The notes below the pieces were generated by a model, which did no database searches, was not told where the DNA came from, and saw nothing but the letters and a program-made list of their open reading frames with translations. From positions 8,623 through 72,622 of the forward strand of contig NMRA01000227.1 of assembly GCA_002633005.1 (NCBI GenBank): 64,000 nucleotides of DNA, given 5' to 3'. This DNA is from Phoronis australis. Its lineage: Eukaryota; Animalia; Phoronida. Of this stretch, positions 26,248 to 41,400 are shown one piece after another. Position numbers and translations under genes: made by a program. Position 1 is the first letter of the stretch. Every line of letters starts with the position of its first letter.

Positions 26248-26419
26248 TCAGTCACTGTCTGACATAACAAAGTCCTCCACCAGATCACCTTGGTCCTCAA
26301 TAGAGTCTCCACTGTCGCTGGCCTCTTCACCATCTTCACTATTGCCTCCCTCGTCAACATTTTCATCATCTTCATCTGCAGACCCAGCCAGTTGTTCCAA
26401 CTCATCACTATCAAAATCA
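26248..26419 (-). CDS. NOC2L: NOC2L last coding exon (acidic tail [13 protein letters not shown]...DFVMSDSD*)
   Basis: cttttcag acceptor, TGA at 26248-26250. Candidate AATAAA on the minus strand at 25215-25220. Confidence 0.9.
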
Positions 26420-29400
26420 CTGAAAAGACGAAAGTGACTCAGTAACAAACCTTTTTCTTAAACAATGAAGACATACGTTAATGAACAATTCATCTTACAC
26501 TTGACAAAAGCACTTCGCACTGTCAGTCCTTTATTACCAAGTACGTTGTTGCTGTTTGCTTTATCACACCTTAACCTTAATCTTAATCTGTCATAAGGGC
26601 CTACTGATGGGCAGTTAACTGGTTTCCACGGGATAATGAGTGTCTTCACAATAGGCAGGAGGATTTCCCATGTGTTTCATAATTTATAATAAGCAGCTAG
26701 TTGTACAAGAAGTTTGGGGATTGTGGACTAGTTTCAAGGGGCAACTCCTTATTTACAACGCAAGTAACATAAAAAGTTGATTAACTCCACAACAAACTGG
26801 CCTTTACACGAGAAATGCAGAGCAATGTTATGCACCCATTGTGGGAACTGCAAATGGCAAAGATATAAGGAAAGAACAACACTGCTGAGGTTACCACTAG
26901 GGGGCACTGCATCCATCCAATAATAGATGCCAGTCATGCTCACTGATTCTTTTATAAGGGGTTTTAGCAGACTTCAAAAGTGATTGCCACTTGGCTGCAC
27001 AGCTCAAGTGGAAACTATAAAAAAAGACGAGTGCTGGTCTCTTCCGAATAAAATGTATGCCAAATTTCATGTAGATCCTGAATGAAACGTGAAAGGTACT
27101 GAGGCAAACTTAAAAAAAACTAAAACTGACATCAGGAGGCAAATCAATGATCGACACTTGCCAAAAATGAACCGTCATCACATCTCCTTCAATACAAACA
27201 ACTGCGTCAGATTTAGTAATGATTGCACTAACAAACAAGAGCAACGCGGAGCGTTGAAATGCGCCCACGAATGCATTGCAAATGGTGTGCTTTTGGGGTT
27301 ATTTGTTTGTATCATAAAAAATGCCATATTTCATAAAAATCTGTCAAGGAACTTTAGAGAAACAAAAGAAAACAGAATAAAATGAAATTGCCACTAGTGG
27401 ACACAGTGTCCGTTGGATCCGCCTGAAAGTCGTCGTCTGTTATTTTCATATAAATACACTTGCTAAATTTAATAAAGATCCTGCAGTGGGTTTAGGAGAT
27501 ACAACTATGGGTGCAGAACAAAACTACCACTAGGAGGCGCAACAGTAGTCAGTCACCATCATCAAAGGTCGTCTTCACACTGAGAAAATATTAGCCGATT
27601 TTCAAATGATTTGGTTGATACAGGGGTGGACACCAAAAACAAGATTTGAAAACAGCAAAAATGGCCACTAGATGGTGCAAAATACCTCGATTCCATCCAA
27701 AAACAGGAAGATAGCGTCATCACACTAATAGATGGTTATATTTAAAATTTTATGAAAATCTGTTGAGGACGTTTGAAGATACTGAGTTAAACGTAAAAAA
27801 CTAAAATTGCCAGTAGGGGGCACAGCAGTAGCCAGATCTGTTTGAAAGTCGTCGTCATATGTAGTCAACATCATATACATACACTTGCTAAATTAAGTAA
27901 AGATCCTGCGAATGGTTTAGGAGATACAGCCATAGGCGCAACAAAAACAAAACTGCCACTAGGAGGCGCAAACTACGTCAAATCCATCCGAAAATGGGAG
28001 GAGAGCGTCATCTCACTAACAGGTGCCAACACACCAAATTTCATGAAAATCCGTTCAGGACTTTTTAAGATACAAAGGTAAGCGTAAAAAACTAAAATTG
28101 CCACTAGAGGGCACACCGGTAGTCGGATCCATCTGAAAGTTCGCTCATGCCGTCCCATTCATGAATGGAACATATGTGCCAAATTTCATGAACGTATGTC
28201 AAAGGGTTTTGGAGACAGAGCGCCGGCCGGACGCCGGACGGACAGAGATGATGGCATAATGCGTCCACATATAAATATGGGCAGATTCCGTCTTTCCTCG
28301 TTATACAAAAACGTGCCAAATTTCATGACGTTCCTCGAAGGAACTTGACAATTACAGACAGATGCTAACATTTAATACAATTGTTCACCTGTACTCATCA
28401 GATCCATCGTCATCTTCAGTCTTCCTCTTTTTGGCTGGCCTTTCTGATTTAGGAAGGAACCTGTAGGCAAAACGTTCTCACCATACACCAAAATCGTAAC
28501 TACAGGTCAATGTCAAAATACATCCAATGACAAAACAATAGAAATAGATGTGCACAAAATGATTTGTGGATACAATAGAGTTGAGGCTCATAGGCTTGAA
28601 CAAATACTCAAAATATGTCAATAACGCCCAGTTATACATTCTAGACATTAAAAGCTAAGCTGCTTTTGGTCTTTAGCTTGACTCATTTTGAGATCTGCGG
28701 TCACTGATTAAAAAACACCTGCACGGGTGGATTTTACTTTTTGAAAAAAGTCAGCGATTAAAAATAAATACCACGCCACAGATTTGATTTTCAAAAAAAT
28801 AACAGACAAGTGTGTATTTTGGTCTGATGTTATCAATAACAGCATGCTTCTCAATAGTCGAGGTCACATCAACATTCAACAAATCACAGAACAAATATTT
28901 CTCCCTAAGACTTTTGCATCAACAGAGCCATTCAGAGTTTAAGTACAAGGGGAATATGAAAACGGTTTAGCAACACTAAAAATTAAAAATCAACAAAACA
29001 AGTATATAGATATAGGAGACAGTGTTAGATGACAAATATCATATATCCAGCAGAATTACTCGATGCAAAAATTATCAAAACTTGTGAAACTTACTGTAAA
29101 ATAGTTTCCCCTGACGTTACAGAGCCACCTGATTCCTTCTAGTGAGACTGATGATTGGTTCTCCCAACGTTTTGAACACCATCTTACAGTTACTTCCAAA
29201 GTTGTGATTTATTATCTTTAACATCTAATTCCAATATGTACCACAGACCAAACATTAGATGTGTGACTGTAAATGTGTGTGTGATTTGAAAATCATTTGC
29301 ATATGTGATGGATTCACTGTGAATTCCATTCTACACTGTGAACGCATGAGACCAATTGCCTAAACAGCATAAGAGTTACATAATGCACAACAATAATGAA

Positions 29401-32400
29401 AACTGTTAATATCTTTACCTTAATTCATCATCATCATCATCAGCAGACTCCCCACTGCTGGACTCAAACAGGGCAGATAACTCCTTGCGTTCTTCTTCCG
29501 TGGCTTTGTTAGCCATCCGCGGTGGACGCTCAATAACTGGGATGTCATCCACAAGCTACAGCAAAATGTCAACATCACTCAAATACAGCAGAATTTTATC
29601 TTTGATTCTAGCCCAGGAATAGTTAAACAAGACTGCTTCATTATCAACAAACTAGGTATAGTTATCCAATCATCCCTTTACAAATCAGCATGTACAGGGA
29701 AAGTTCTAGTCTTGAAGGACATCCTACACGGCCAATTTTCAGTCATTTTAGTACGACAAAAAACTAAAAAGTTCCGTCACTAAAACTTACTGAATGTGTG
29801 CTTGTGGTTGATTATCAGAAGGATTTAAGTCAACACAATAGATAAAGTCTAATGGCCATTTATTTATTAAAAACAAAATACATACTTCACTAATACCATG
29901 CCCGGGTAATCCACCCTGAATTTTTGCCAAATTTCCACGTAAGCGCCCACTGTTCGGGTAATCGCACATCCCCTACTTTGTGCAAATTTCAGCTTCTCCG
30001 GTAATCAACCATCGCCAATTTACCATTAACAAAACTTAAACTTGTGCTTTTGCTCGCATATTTGCCTCCAGCTCAGACTTCCATGTTTGAAGGAAACATG
30101 GCATGCTTACGTACGATAGTCTAGAAAAGTTCGTTTTATATCTGGCATTTATGGAATAACTTACGGTACTAGCAACTACCTTTTCCTAAATCGTCAGTGT
30201 TTTAATCAAGGAAATGAAATATAGTCACATCAACTCATCTGAAACAGAACTTGCTGATATAGTAAGGGGACTACCATTCGAGTTTCACAAAGTTCCGCGG
30301 GACGACATTTTGAAGCGCATTAATATATTTGAATACATCTGAGTTTTTAGCAACAGACTCGCGAAATCACCCTTTCAAAAACGAAATCCTGTTTCTGTTC
30401 AAGCCATGAGAAACTTAGTGGTTCCGTTGATTGCCCGAACTTACAAGTTCCATGCTCGAATGAACACCCCGCGCACGTGCCCAGTTCGGCTAAAATTTGG
30501 ATGTAAGCGACCACTGCTTGGGTAATTGCCCACCCCAAACTTTTGCCAATTTTTGGTTTAAGCACTTACTGCTTGAGTAATCACCCACCCCCTGTCTCAG
30601 GGTTTCCCAAGTTAAACGACCATGGTGTTAGCCCGCGAGTTTACGGTGTATCACTTTATTTTTTAACAGACACTATTTCCAGTAAACATACCCGGTCCTT
30701 GCCAGCAATCTCATACTGAAGCTCATGATCTCGTAGTCGCCTCCAGGTAGCGTAATATTTACCAATGGGAGTACCTTCCTGTTTGCATCTTATTTCCCAA
30801 GCATCCTAAAAATGTCCTTCCACTGTTAGACCACAGACTTCATATGATGACATAATCAAATATTTAATGTTGTTAAAACAATCTTCACATCAAAATAAAC
30901 AATTCACCAGCAAATATAGAGCAAAAAAGACTGAGAATGCAGTTAATATTAGTACAGTTAATACTAGTACAGTTTAACATATTCAAATGGAAAATTGTCA
31001 AGGATGACATAGCTTCCATTATATAGATAGTTGGTTTAACTTTAAACTAATTAGTAAACTTGATCAGTGATGAGCGTTATCCATACACTAACTGTACAAT
31101 CACTGTCTCTCATGCTCCCAAGTCAAAACTGAGCCCACGGATACTCACAGTTCAGAACTATTTACAGTGACAAGAGCTTCTGGCTCTATGACAATGCTTC
31201 ACAGTAAAACATAGTCCTGTTTGTTCTAAATCTTGCACCAGTTTTGCTATTACACACCATTTCATTGAATTCAGCAGAATTTTTTGATGTAGAATAATAG
31301 AAAATTTAATCTCATACATCCACAAACATATTGCTACTATAGCTATAACTGAAAAAAAATGCTATTGTTTAAAAACAGCAAAATTGAATGGAATTAAATA
31401 CTGTACACAATGGAAAGAATAACCTGTTAGCTAACAATCACTAGATCTAATGTCAGATGACATAGATGTAAATTAGCTAACAAGCACTAGATCTAATGTC
31501 AGATGACATAGATGTAAATTAGCTAACAATCACTAGATCTAATGTCAGATGACATAGATGTAAATTAGCTAACAATCACTAGATCTAATGTCAGATGACA
31601 TAGATGTAAATTAGCTAACAATCACTAGATCTAATGTCAGATGACATAGATGTAAATTAGCTAACAATCACTAGATCTAATGTCAGATGACATAGATGTA
31701 AAGGGTGGCTTACCACAGCCTTAACATCTGTTAGGTCAAGGGTCGACGTCTTCCTACGATGCCTTATCACCTTGCTATTCTCTTCTACTTTATCAACAAT
31801 TTGCTTGATCTGCTTGCAGAAGTTGGCAACCTTACACTTCTTCAAGAAGTCCTTCAGCTGAAATAGAAATTATCACAAGGTTTAAATGTCAACAAGAGCA
31901 TGCAATTAACATATTTGAAAATTTTCAGTATCAGTAAACCACCAAACGAATCTTTTGCAATTTCTCTGCAAATCAATAAGGCTTGTCAAACGACCGTTAG
32001 ACAAAATGGTGTGAGTAACAAATATCACTCAGTGTAAAGACAAAAAAACACGAATTTAACATTTAAACTGCAGATAGTGTGATATTACGAATCATGGCAC
32101 ATTTAAACTGAGTTGAAGTTGTTGATTACCACCACCAGGTGGCTAACAGTGAGTTGTTGTTGTTGATTACCACCACTAGGTGGCCAGCAGTGAGTTGTAG
32201 TTGTTGATTACCACCACTAGGTGGCCAGCAGTGAGTTGTAGTTGTTGATTACCACCACTAGGTGGCCAGCAGTGAGTTGTAGTTGTTGATTACCACCACT
32301 AGGTGGCCAGCAGTGAGTTGTAGTTGTTGATTACCACCACTAGGTGGCCAGCAGTGAGTTGTAGTTGTTGATTACCACCACTAGGTGGCCAGCAGTGAGT

Positions 32401-35400
32401 TGTAGTTGTTGATTACCACCACTAGGTGGCCAGCAGTGAGTTGTAGTTGTTGATTACCACCACTAGGTGGCCAGCAGTGAGTTGTAGTTGTTGATTACCA
32501 CCACTAGGTGGCCAGCAGTGAGTTGTAGTTGTTGATTACCACCACTAGGTGGCCAGCAGTGAGTTGTAGTTGTTGATTACCACCACTAGGTGGCCAGCAG
32601 TGAGTTGTAGTTGTTGATTACCACCACTAGGTGGCCAGCAGTGAGTTGTAGTTGTTGATTACTACCACTAGGTGGCCAGCAGTGAGTTGTAGTTGTTGAT
32701 TACTACCACTAGGTGGCCAGCAGTGAGTTGTTGTTGTTGATTACCACCACTAGGTGGCCAGCAGTGAGTTGTAGTTGTTGATTACCACCACTAGGTAGCA
32801 AAGAGTGAGCAGCAGCTCTTGGTGTACCTGAATGAGAGCTGGAAGAGCCAACTCAGGGAAGCCCACACTGTGCGAGTGTATGTGAAATTGTTCCAAAAGT
32901 ATCTCATACAGCTGGTCAATTAGGCCTTCCTGTAACAGTGTAAAGAAAAATGTAGTTTATAAAGAATACACCAAATTTTGTAATTTTGACCAAGTAACTT
33001 TTATATCCTGAAATATATGCAATTAGTGTCACTCGCATTCTCTCCAATAGAACCACTTTACATGAAATTTCACTAAGATCAATCAAGGACTATTGAAGCA
33101 GAGACAATTAACAACAAAATTACTACACTTTTATTTTTCTTAATAAGAACACATTTTTCAAATTCCATAATGACTATTCATACGGTTTGGGGGATAGAAA
33201 GGCAAACACCAAAAAGAATTCAGAATAATAGACAGATACATTAGAAGTAAACATAAAAAATTAAATTGCCACTAAGGGAGACAACATTGTCGGATTTGTT
33301 TTAATAAGTTGTTGGCATTCACCGTCAACTTCATTGGAACACATCGTTTGCCAAATTTCATGAAGATTCTACAGAGAAGTTTAAGAGATACAACAGTGGA
33401 CATTGGACGCCACACCAATATGGAGATAATGGTACGATGTATACAAGGACACGTAGAAATGCATAGTCAGCAACATTTACACATACTTTTATGTAGAAAT
33501 GCAACCAATTCTCAACCAATTCTCAACCAATTCTCAATTCCCAATACATTAAAGAAAGCCAGCACAGACATATCTAACAGTAGAGTGATCACGGGTGTTA
33601 CCCTGAATGCCTTCTCTTGAAGTTGGGTCTTGGACAGTTTGAGAATACAAGAGAAGTTGAATGGCTTGAAACTGAGTGAAGCATGCTTCTTGTTGAAGTC
33701 TGTCTGTTCAAATACCTGAAGCAGAACAGAATACCACTAAGTGTCTTGTAGTGCAATTCATGAATGCACAAATGTTGATAGGAAATGGTCAACGCAACAT
33801 CAAGTCAGTTCTTGTCACAAAAACATGCACACTTGAATGCAAGGCAAAACAATGATGTAAAATACTGATGAGATAATAACTAAAACAGGTGATACTCTGT
33901 GGCATTATTTGTTATTTCATTGCTATGTCAACTATGAAGTGCTGTACCTCCAGTAATATTGGTAAGACGGGTATGAAAGTTGCCGTATGTGAAGACAAAG
34001 TGTTAAGCAGCTTGGCACAATGGAAACGAAGGGGATAGAACTTGGCAGTTGGTATCAACCTGCAATAAACAAACAAAAAAAGGAAAAGGTATTGCCAGCT
34101 TTCCTTAAAACTGTGCTGACAAGTTCACAGACAACAGTCACATGAGAAGGCCATACATTTGCAAAACCTGTCAAACCTAGTTAGAGAGTAAAAAGAAATG
34201 GCAAAGCTTGCTCTTTTAGCTTGCCACAACATCTCATCATGACATTTATATCTAGATTTTGAGCACTTGATGACCTGTGGTATCTTGAATCTTCGGTATT
34301 CAACAACCACAGCTGTGGCAAGTTACAAACTTAAAGGTGACCAGCTACATATTGCTCACAACAGTTTTCATACTAACCAGTACTTGAACAATTGCAGTGG
34401 AATGTAAACCATAAACTATGTCTAGAAATAGCACGATTGGAAAGTACTGAGAATGAGACACACAAGGTTGTCATAACTACACAGCAGAAACAACCGGGGC
34501 AAAGTACACATTATTCAAGTATTGATATCTTGCTGCTCCAGTATACCAACTGCAATCTACATTGCCCAATGCTACATGTAAACTTTGTTAGATGGCATAC
34601 AACACACATGTCCACAAGAACAAGTCTTGGTAGATAGTATACAACACACATGTCCACAAGAACAAGTCTTGGTAGATAGTATACAACACACATGCAGTGT
34701 TCTCCATGGCCTGTTTTAACTCGACGCTGTAAGAGTTTGGATTTTGCTGCCTCGAGTTTGGAAAATGCGCGTGGAGTTTAGAAAGTGCTGCGTCAGGTTT
34801 GAACTTTTGTCCTGGCTTGGTATTTCAGCCCTCAACCCTAAAGCAGTGCCTGATTAACCAACATCAAGCCCAATACAGAACTTTGGAGGCAGTCAACACT
34901 ATATGTATAACTTCGTAAGACACTACAAAAGTTTAAATTATAATTAACAAAATCTGCAAAAAAATTTAAATAACAAACATTTCATGGAGTCACCTAGCTT
35001 GCTTAATTAAATTACTAATCTACTTTGTCATTCTAACTTTAAAATTTTGCAAGTCAACCTATAAAAAAGCAATTTAATTTGCTTAATAAAGACAATTTTG
35101 ATTTTGACAGACATCTAGTGGCAAGTTAGAACTTTATGAGCTTATTAAACTTGACAACAGGTGTCACTAAAAACTAGGTCACATCAGAACTCATGTTAGT
35201 AGTACTTACTATGTCTAATTGATATTAAAATCGGCATTGGTATTATTAAAGGAACTTTCGATCTTTTGTTTGCTGCTCTGGGACTGTCAAATGCTTTGGA
35301 GAAATTATGAGATGCATTGGTAGGAAAGCTAAACTTTGAAGTGTCTAAGAAGTAGGTCACACCAGTGCAGTGTGCAGTTTTAAACCATATATAAATACCT

Positions 35401-38400
35401 CCAGCATAACCATGCTTATGGGTAGACAAAAAACAATGTCAATAACTGATATTCAACATTTGCATGGAGTTTGGAATTTATAATGTGGAGAACACTGACA
35501 TGTCCACACGAACAAGTCTTGGTAGATAGTATACAACACACATGTCCACAAGAATCAGTCTTGGTAGATAGTATACAACACACGTGTCCACAAGAGCCAG
35601 TCTTGGTAGATAATATACAAAACAGATGTCCTCAAGAGACAGTCTTGGTAGATAATATACAAAACAGATGTCCTCAAGAGACAGTCTTGGTAGATAATAT
35701 ACAAAACAGATGTCCTCAAGAGACAGTCTTGGTAGATAATATACAAAACAGATGTCCTCAAGAATCAGTCTTGGTAGATAGTATACAACACACATGTCCA
35801 CAAAAGCCAGTCTTGCTGATATACAGACAGTTGTACAAACCTTGCTGAGATCTCCTAGGGAAGACCATCTACTTGCCAAGGATGGTCAGTTTTGGATGGC
35901 TATAAGTGGCTATAACTGATCACAAGGGTACATGGTACATACATGTCCACAGCTTCAGAGACACCCATACACACATAATTAAACCTACCTGATTGTACCA
36001 AGGATGGTCTGTTTTGGATGGAAATGAGTGGTTACAAAGGTACATGGTACATACATGTCCACAGCTTCAGAGACACCCATACACACATAATTAAACCTAC
36101 CTGATTGTACCAAGGATGGTCTGTTTTGGATGGAAATGAGTGGTTACAAAGGTACATGGTACATACATGTCCACAGCTTCAGAGACACTCATACACACAT
36201 AATTAAACCTACCTGATTGTACCAAGGATGGTCTGTGTTAGAGGGTAAATGAGTGGCTGTAGCTCATCACTGGGGTAGATGGTACTCAACATGCGGGTCC
36301 ACAGCCCCAGACAATGGATGTACTGCCAATTGTATACACCCTGGCTAGTCTCCTGAGGAAATAAAGACACACGTTGATGAAACATGACATGATTAGTTTC
36401 AAGAACCAGTCACTACCACATTTGCAAAGACTGTTGTAAGAAAAGAGTACATTGACTAAAAAAGATTTTATCAACAATGCCTAACATGAGTGGGCTCCCA
36501 ACTAGCCACACTCCTGTATTTAAAATAAAATTGAGCCCCTGGAAATCTACACAATGGCAAGTGTTGAATGTTTGATTTAATTTGACAATGCAACACAAAA
36601 TGTGAGAGACTATACTGTGGTTGAATAAAGTTCATGAGTACTATATCTGACACAATGAACCACTTTTTTATCTTACTTTGAAGATAGCCATTTGTGACCC
36701 ATCGAAACAATGCTCAAAAAAAGATTTCAGAAAAAACACAGTGTTGAATTCCCGAACTAGTGGACATCTTGTATACTAGAATAAACCCTGAAGACCAAGG
36801 AATGCCAGACTGCTTTAGACCTCAGAACAGAAGGGGAAATCCTGACACTGTTAGTTCGCATACAAGTTCTAATCTGTTGTCTTTGTTCACATATAACTAT
36901 ACTATGCAAAACAACAAGACCCAAATGACCAAAGAAATGTCTAGAATTTTACAATTACAGGAGCTTCTATTGTGGAAGCAGTTTACACAAAAACAAATTC
37001 GAATCCTTTTTGACAGAATGTTCCTTTCAGAAGCATTGCCAACTTATATCCAAACATCTGCTTAAAATCATGTGTCTATATTGTTGGCAAGCCAATATGA
37101 CTATAATGCTCACAATAACATAGAGCAAACTAAGACATAAATTTAAATGTACCTTCTTCTTTGTGATGATAGCATTCCTCAAATGAATGGCCAGCTGACG
37201 AATGTAGACAAAGGCAAACTCATACGCAAGCAATATGTCCATACTCAGTATCTCCACCAAGGAGCGCTGCATGAAGTTTATCATTGGCAGTGATGTTGGC
37301 GACGTGAATTTAGAGTTCTTTACATATTCCATGTACATAACCTGAAATGAAATTAAAATTTTTTGCATCAATATTCCATGACATGATCACCTTTAGCAAT
37401 GAGCAATTTTCGGTCGCTGCGAACATAGCAAGATTTTAAAACTTGTTGGAATTTAATAAAATCACAGAGAAGAATGTGAATAACTCTCCATTTGCACAGC
37501 ACAGGAAAAGGTAGCTATACTAATCCCGTTTTATCCAGAGAATAACACAGTTATAAATCACATAATACCACGGTCAGGTGTGGGATTACCATAAACAAGC
37601 ATTTTCTTTAGAAGTGTTCTATGTACCATCTCGCGAATAACATAACATTAATGTCCAAAATGCTAATAAATTCTCACCAAATGCGCTCATCGCGGATGGT
37701 CAGAGTCTAACTACAGATCATGTCACTGGAATGTAAGGCTTCTCACAGTACAAAGTATATGTGTCTCAGACTTTGGGTTGGATGATAAAAAAGTAGACCA
37801 CATCAAATGTGATTTTTTTATTCCTGTGACAGATTAGATGTTTGATCTGCTCTGAATGCAATGCATCTAAGTCTTACTATCATTATATTGTCTTTCAAAG
37901 ACCAACAATGCAAAAACTATTATGGAATTTCCAGGGTCTGAAACCCAACATAATGTCTTGGGTGAAAGTCTATCAATAAGTAATCTTTACCTTCAAGGTC
38001 ATCTTCAACAACTTGCTCTGCAGTAGTCTTGTCAGTTTGTTTATGGACAGAAAAGCCAGCACTCTTGACGTCTCCTCCCCTGAACTCCATACCTTCACCA
38101 GTTGCTACAAACACAAATCGGTAAATAAAACAACAAGAATGGATCAACTGAAATTTGAAATTTTCGGAGGTAACAACTTCCTTTATCAACAAAAACAGAA
38201 ATAAAGTAAAATCAAACACGAAATGACAATTGACATATAAGATATGGTGTAATGAAATAATAAGATACATAATGTCTCATTAGGAATGCATAGAATAAAT
38301 ACCACAAAGATCCATAAAAAATTTGGAAGATATTAAGCCAGATACAGTGACAGTTTGCCACTAGGGGACACCACACCAATCAGATCCAAGAATCCTCTTC

Positions 38401-41400
38401 AGCCATGTTTCCTCACAAGGGACATGTATGGCATACGGCACAAATATTCAGACAAAATGACCCCAAATTCCCCCATGACGGCTGAGTGGAAGTAACATTT
38501 ATTGCCAGAATAGTCTTCCCTCATGGCTAAGAATGAATGTCTTCCCTCCGGCTAAGAATGCAGGGGAATTAATAAAGACTGTAAATGCCGATGTACTCTG
38601 TGTTAGTAGTTTGACTATATTCGCCATCTGTTGGTGGTTTATGTGTTTGCTATGCGGCTTCTAGCGCATCAATTTTCCATGTGACTAATTCTTCAATAGA
38701 ATTTTGCATGTGTAACACTGTTTGGCAGACCATAGTTTATAGCTGTAACACGCTAATTTGGCTCATTCGTATTTCAACGTCCTTACCGATGAGTTTAGTT
38801 GTGATTTTTATGCCGCAAATTGGTGTAAGTATATTGTACCTAGTTTTGTTACATAGTCATACTTCAACGTTATTGTAATGCGTATTCTGTATTTTTAATT
38901 TCCATTTCCTCAAGTGGTTTGAAGTTGTTTGAATAAGTATGTATGCAATGTTATATATTGCAACTTTGTAAACGACCAACGCATTGCTCAATTGTCTCAT
39001 AGAAAGTTTTTTGTATGTTACAGTTGAACCCAGCAACTAAAAGTTTATGAACAAATAGTTTTTCAACCCAACTCATGCTCGCGTTCATCCATGTGGCTCT
39101 AAAGATTTTCAACCCAACTCATGCTCGCATTCATCCATGTGGCTCTAAAGATTTTCTCGACCAAAAGACAGTTGATAATGTGGCTAAGCCATTCTGTAAA
39201 CAATTTTTTTCCTGATGGCTACTGCCATAAATTTTTCCTGATGGCTACTGCCATAAATTTTTCCTGATGGCTACTGCCATAAATTTTTCCTGTATATAGA
39301 ATTATGTCATGATGGGAAAATGGTATTTTGTCGGATTACTCTCGTGTCATATTGTATTTCATGAACATTCACCAAAGAACTTGGTAGATATTGAGACATG
39401 AAAAGAAAATACAAGACAAGGGGCAGCACAGTATTCAGATCTTGAACTTGGAATTTCAAAGAAATTGAAGCAGGCACAATACAACACAAAAATAGTCACT
39501 ACAAGGGGGTAATGGTAGTCAAATAGCCACTACAAGGGGTAATGGTAGTCAAATAGCCACTACAAGGGGTAATGGTAGTCAAATAGCCACTACAAGGGGT
39601 AATGGTAGTCAAATAGCCACTACAAGGGGTAATGGTAGTCAAATAGCCACTACAAGGGGTAACGGTAGTCAAATAGCCACTACAAGGGGTAATGGTATTC
39701 AAATAGCCACTACAAGTGGTAATGGTCATCAAATCCTCCTGAAAATCAACAGCCATCATGCTCACAAACACAAAATTTCATAAACATACATCAAAAACTT
39801 AATAGCTATTGAAGCAGTCCCAAACTTAAACTGTCACAAGTGCCTGGGGGACGCTACCGTAGATCTGTCTAACAATGCCAGTTATCGTAGATTGGCAAAT
39901 TTTAATAACAAAAGCAACACGGAGCGTTGAAATGCGTCCACGAATGCATCGCAAATGGTGTGTTTTTAGGGGTTTTTGTTTGTATCATCGAAATGGCCAC
40001 TAGATGGTGCAAAATACATCGAATCCATCTGAGAACCAGAAAATGTTGTTTTTTCTTTAAAAGAAAGCCATTTACCAAATTTCATTAAAATTCGTCAAGG
40101 AACTTCAGAGAAACAGAGGAAGATGAAAAAAATGGAAATGCTGCTAGGGGGCACAGTGTTTGTCGGTTTTGTCTAAAAGTTGTCGTTTTCTCTTGTTAAC
40201 GTCATATGTGCTAAATTTAATAAAGATCCTGCAGAGGGCTTAGGAGATACAGGTATGGGTGCAAAAAAAAAAAAAACCCGCCACTAGGAGGCACCACAGT
40301 ACTCGAAGTCATCGGAAAATCATCGTCAACCATCCCCTTTATAGAAAGAACATACATGCCAACTTTCACAATCTTCCTTAGAATGGTTTGGTTGACAGAG
40401 GGACGGACACCAAAAAACAGACTCGAAAACGGCCACTAGGTGGCGCAAACTACGAATCCATCCGAAAACAGGAGGATAGCCTCATCTCACTAATAGATGT
40501 CTATGTGCAAAATTTTTTTTGAGGACCTTTGAAGATACAGAGGTAAATGTAAAAAACTAAAACTGCCACTAGGGGGTACACCGGTACACCAATCTATCCA
40601 AAAGTCGTCGTCGTCTGTTGTCACCTTCATATAAATATATTTGCTAAATTTAATAATTAAAAGATCCTGTAGAACGTTTAGGAGATACAGCCATGGGCGC
40701 AAAAACAAACAAAACTGCCACTAGGAGGCACCACAGTAGTCAAAGTCGAGGGAAAATCATCGTCAACAGTCTTCCTTATAGTAAGAACATACATGCCAAT
40801 TTTCACAATCATCCTTAAAGTGATTTGGTTGTAAGAGGGGCGGACGCCAAAAAAACGACTTGAAAACAGTAAAAATGGCCACTAGATGGCACAAAATGCC
40901 TCGAATCCATCCGAAAACAAGAGGATAGCATCAACTCATTAATAGATGTATTAAATTTCCCAAAAATCTGTTGAGGACCTTTGAAGATCCAGAGGCAAAC
41001 GTAAAAAATTTAAATTGCCACTAGGGGGCACAGTGGTATTTGGGTCAGTCCGAAACTCGTCACCCTCTGTTGTTAACCCCACAGGAACACACTCGCCAAA
41101 TTTCAATAAGATCCTGAAAGGGGTTTAGGAGATACAGCCGTGGACGCCCAGACAGAGGTGACGGCAATATTCGACCACATATAAATATGTGAGCGCATAA
41201 AAAGGCAACTTGGGAATAAGAATACATCGAGTCTGTCTGAAATTGGGAAGGCAGTCGTTGCTATGTAAACAGATTGTCAAATTTCATAAAAATCCATTAA
41301 GGAATTTGGAGCTGTTCTAGTTTATACTCCATAAGGGAGGGAGAGGGCACTTGAAATAAAGAAATTACGTGTAACTGTCTTTAAAACAAATAAAAAATAC

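Noticed and set aside
29880-30650. Complete Tc1/pogo-type MITE
   Set aside because: One plausible end (tttacggtgta) and repeated gggtaat..caccc motifs, but no matching opposite TIR or TSD could be fixed.
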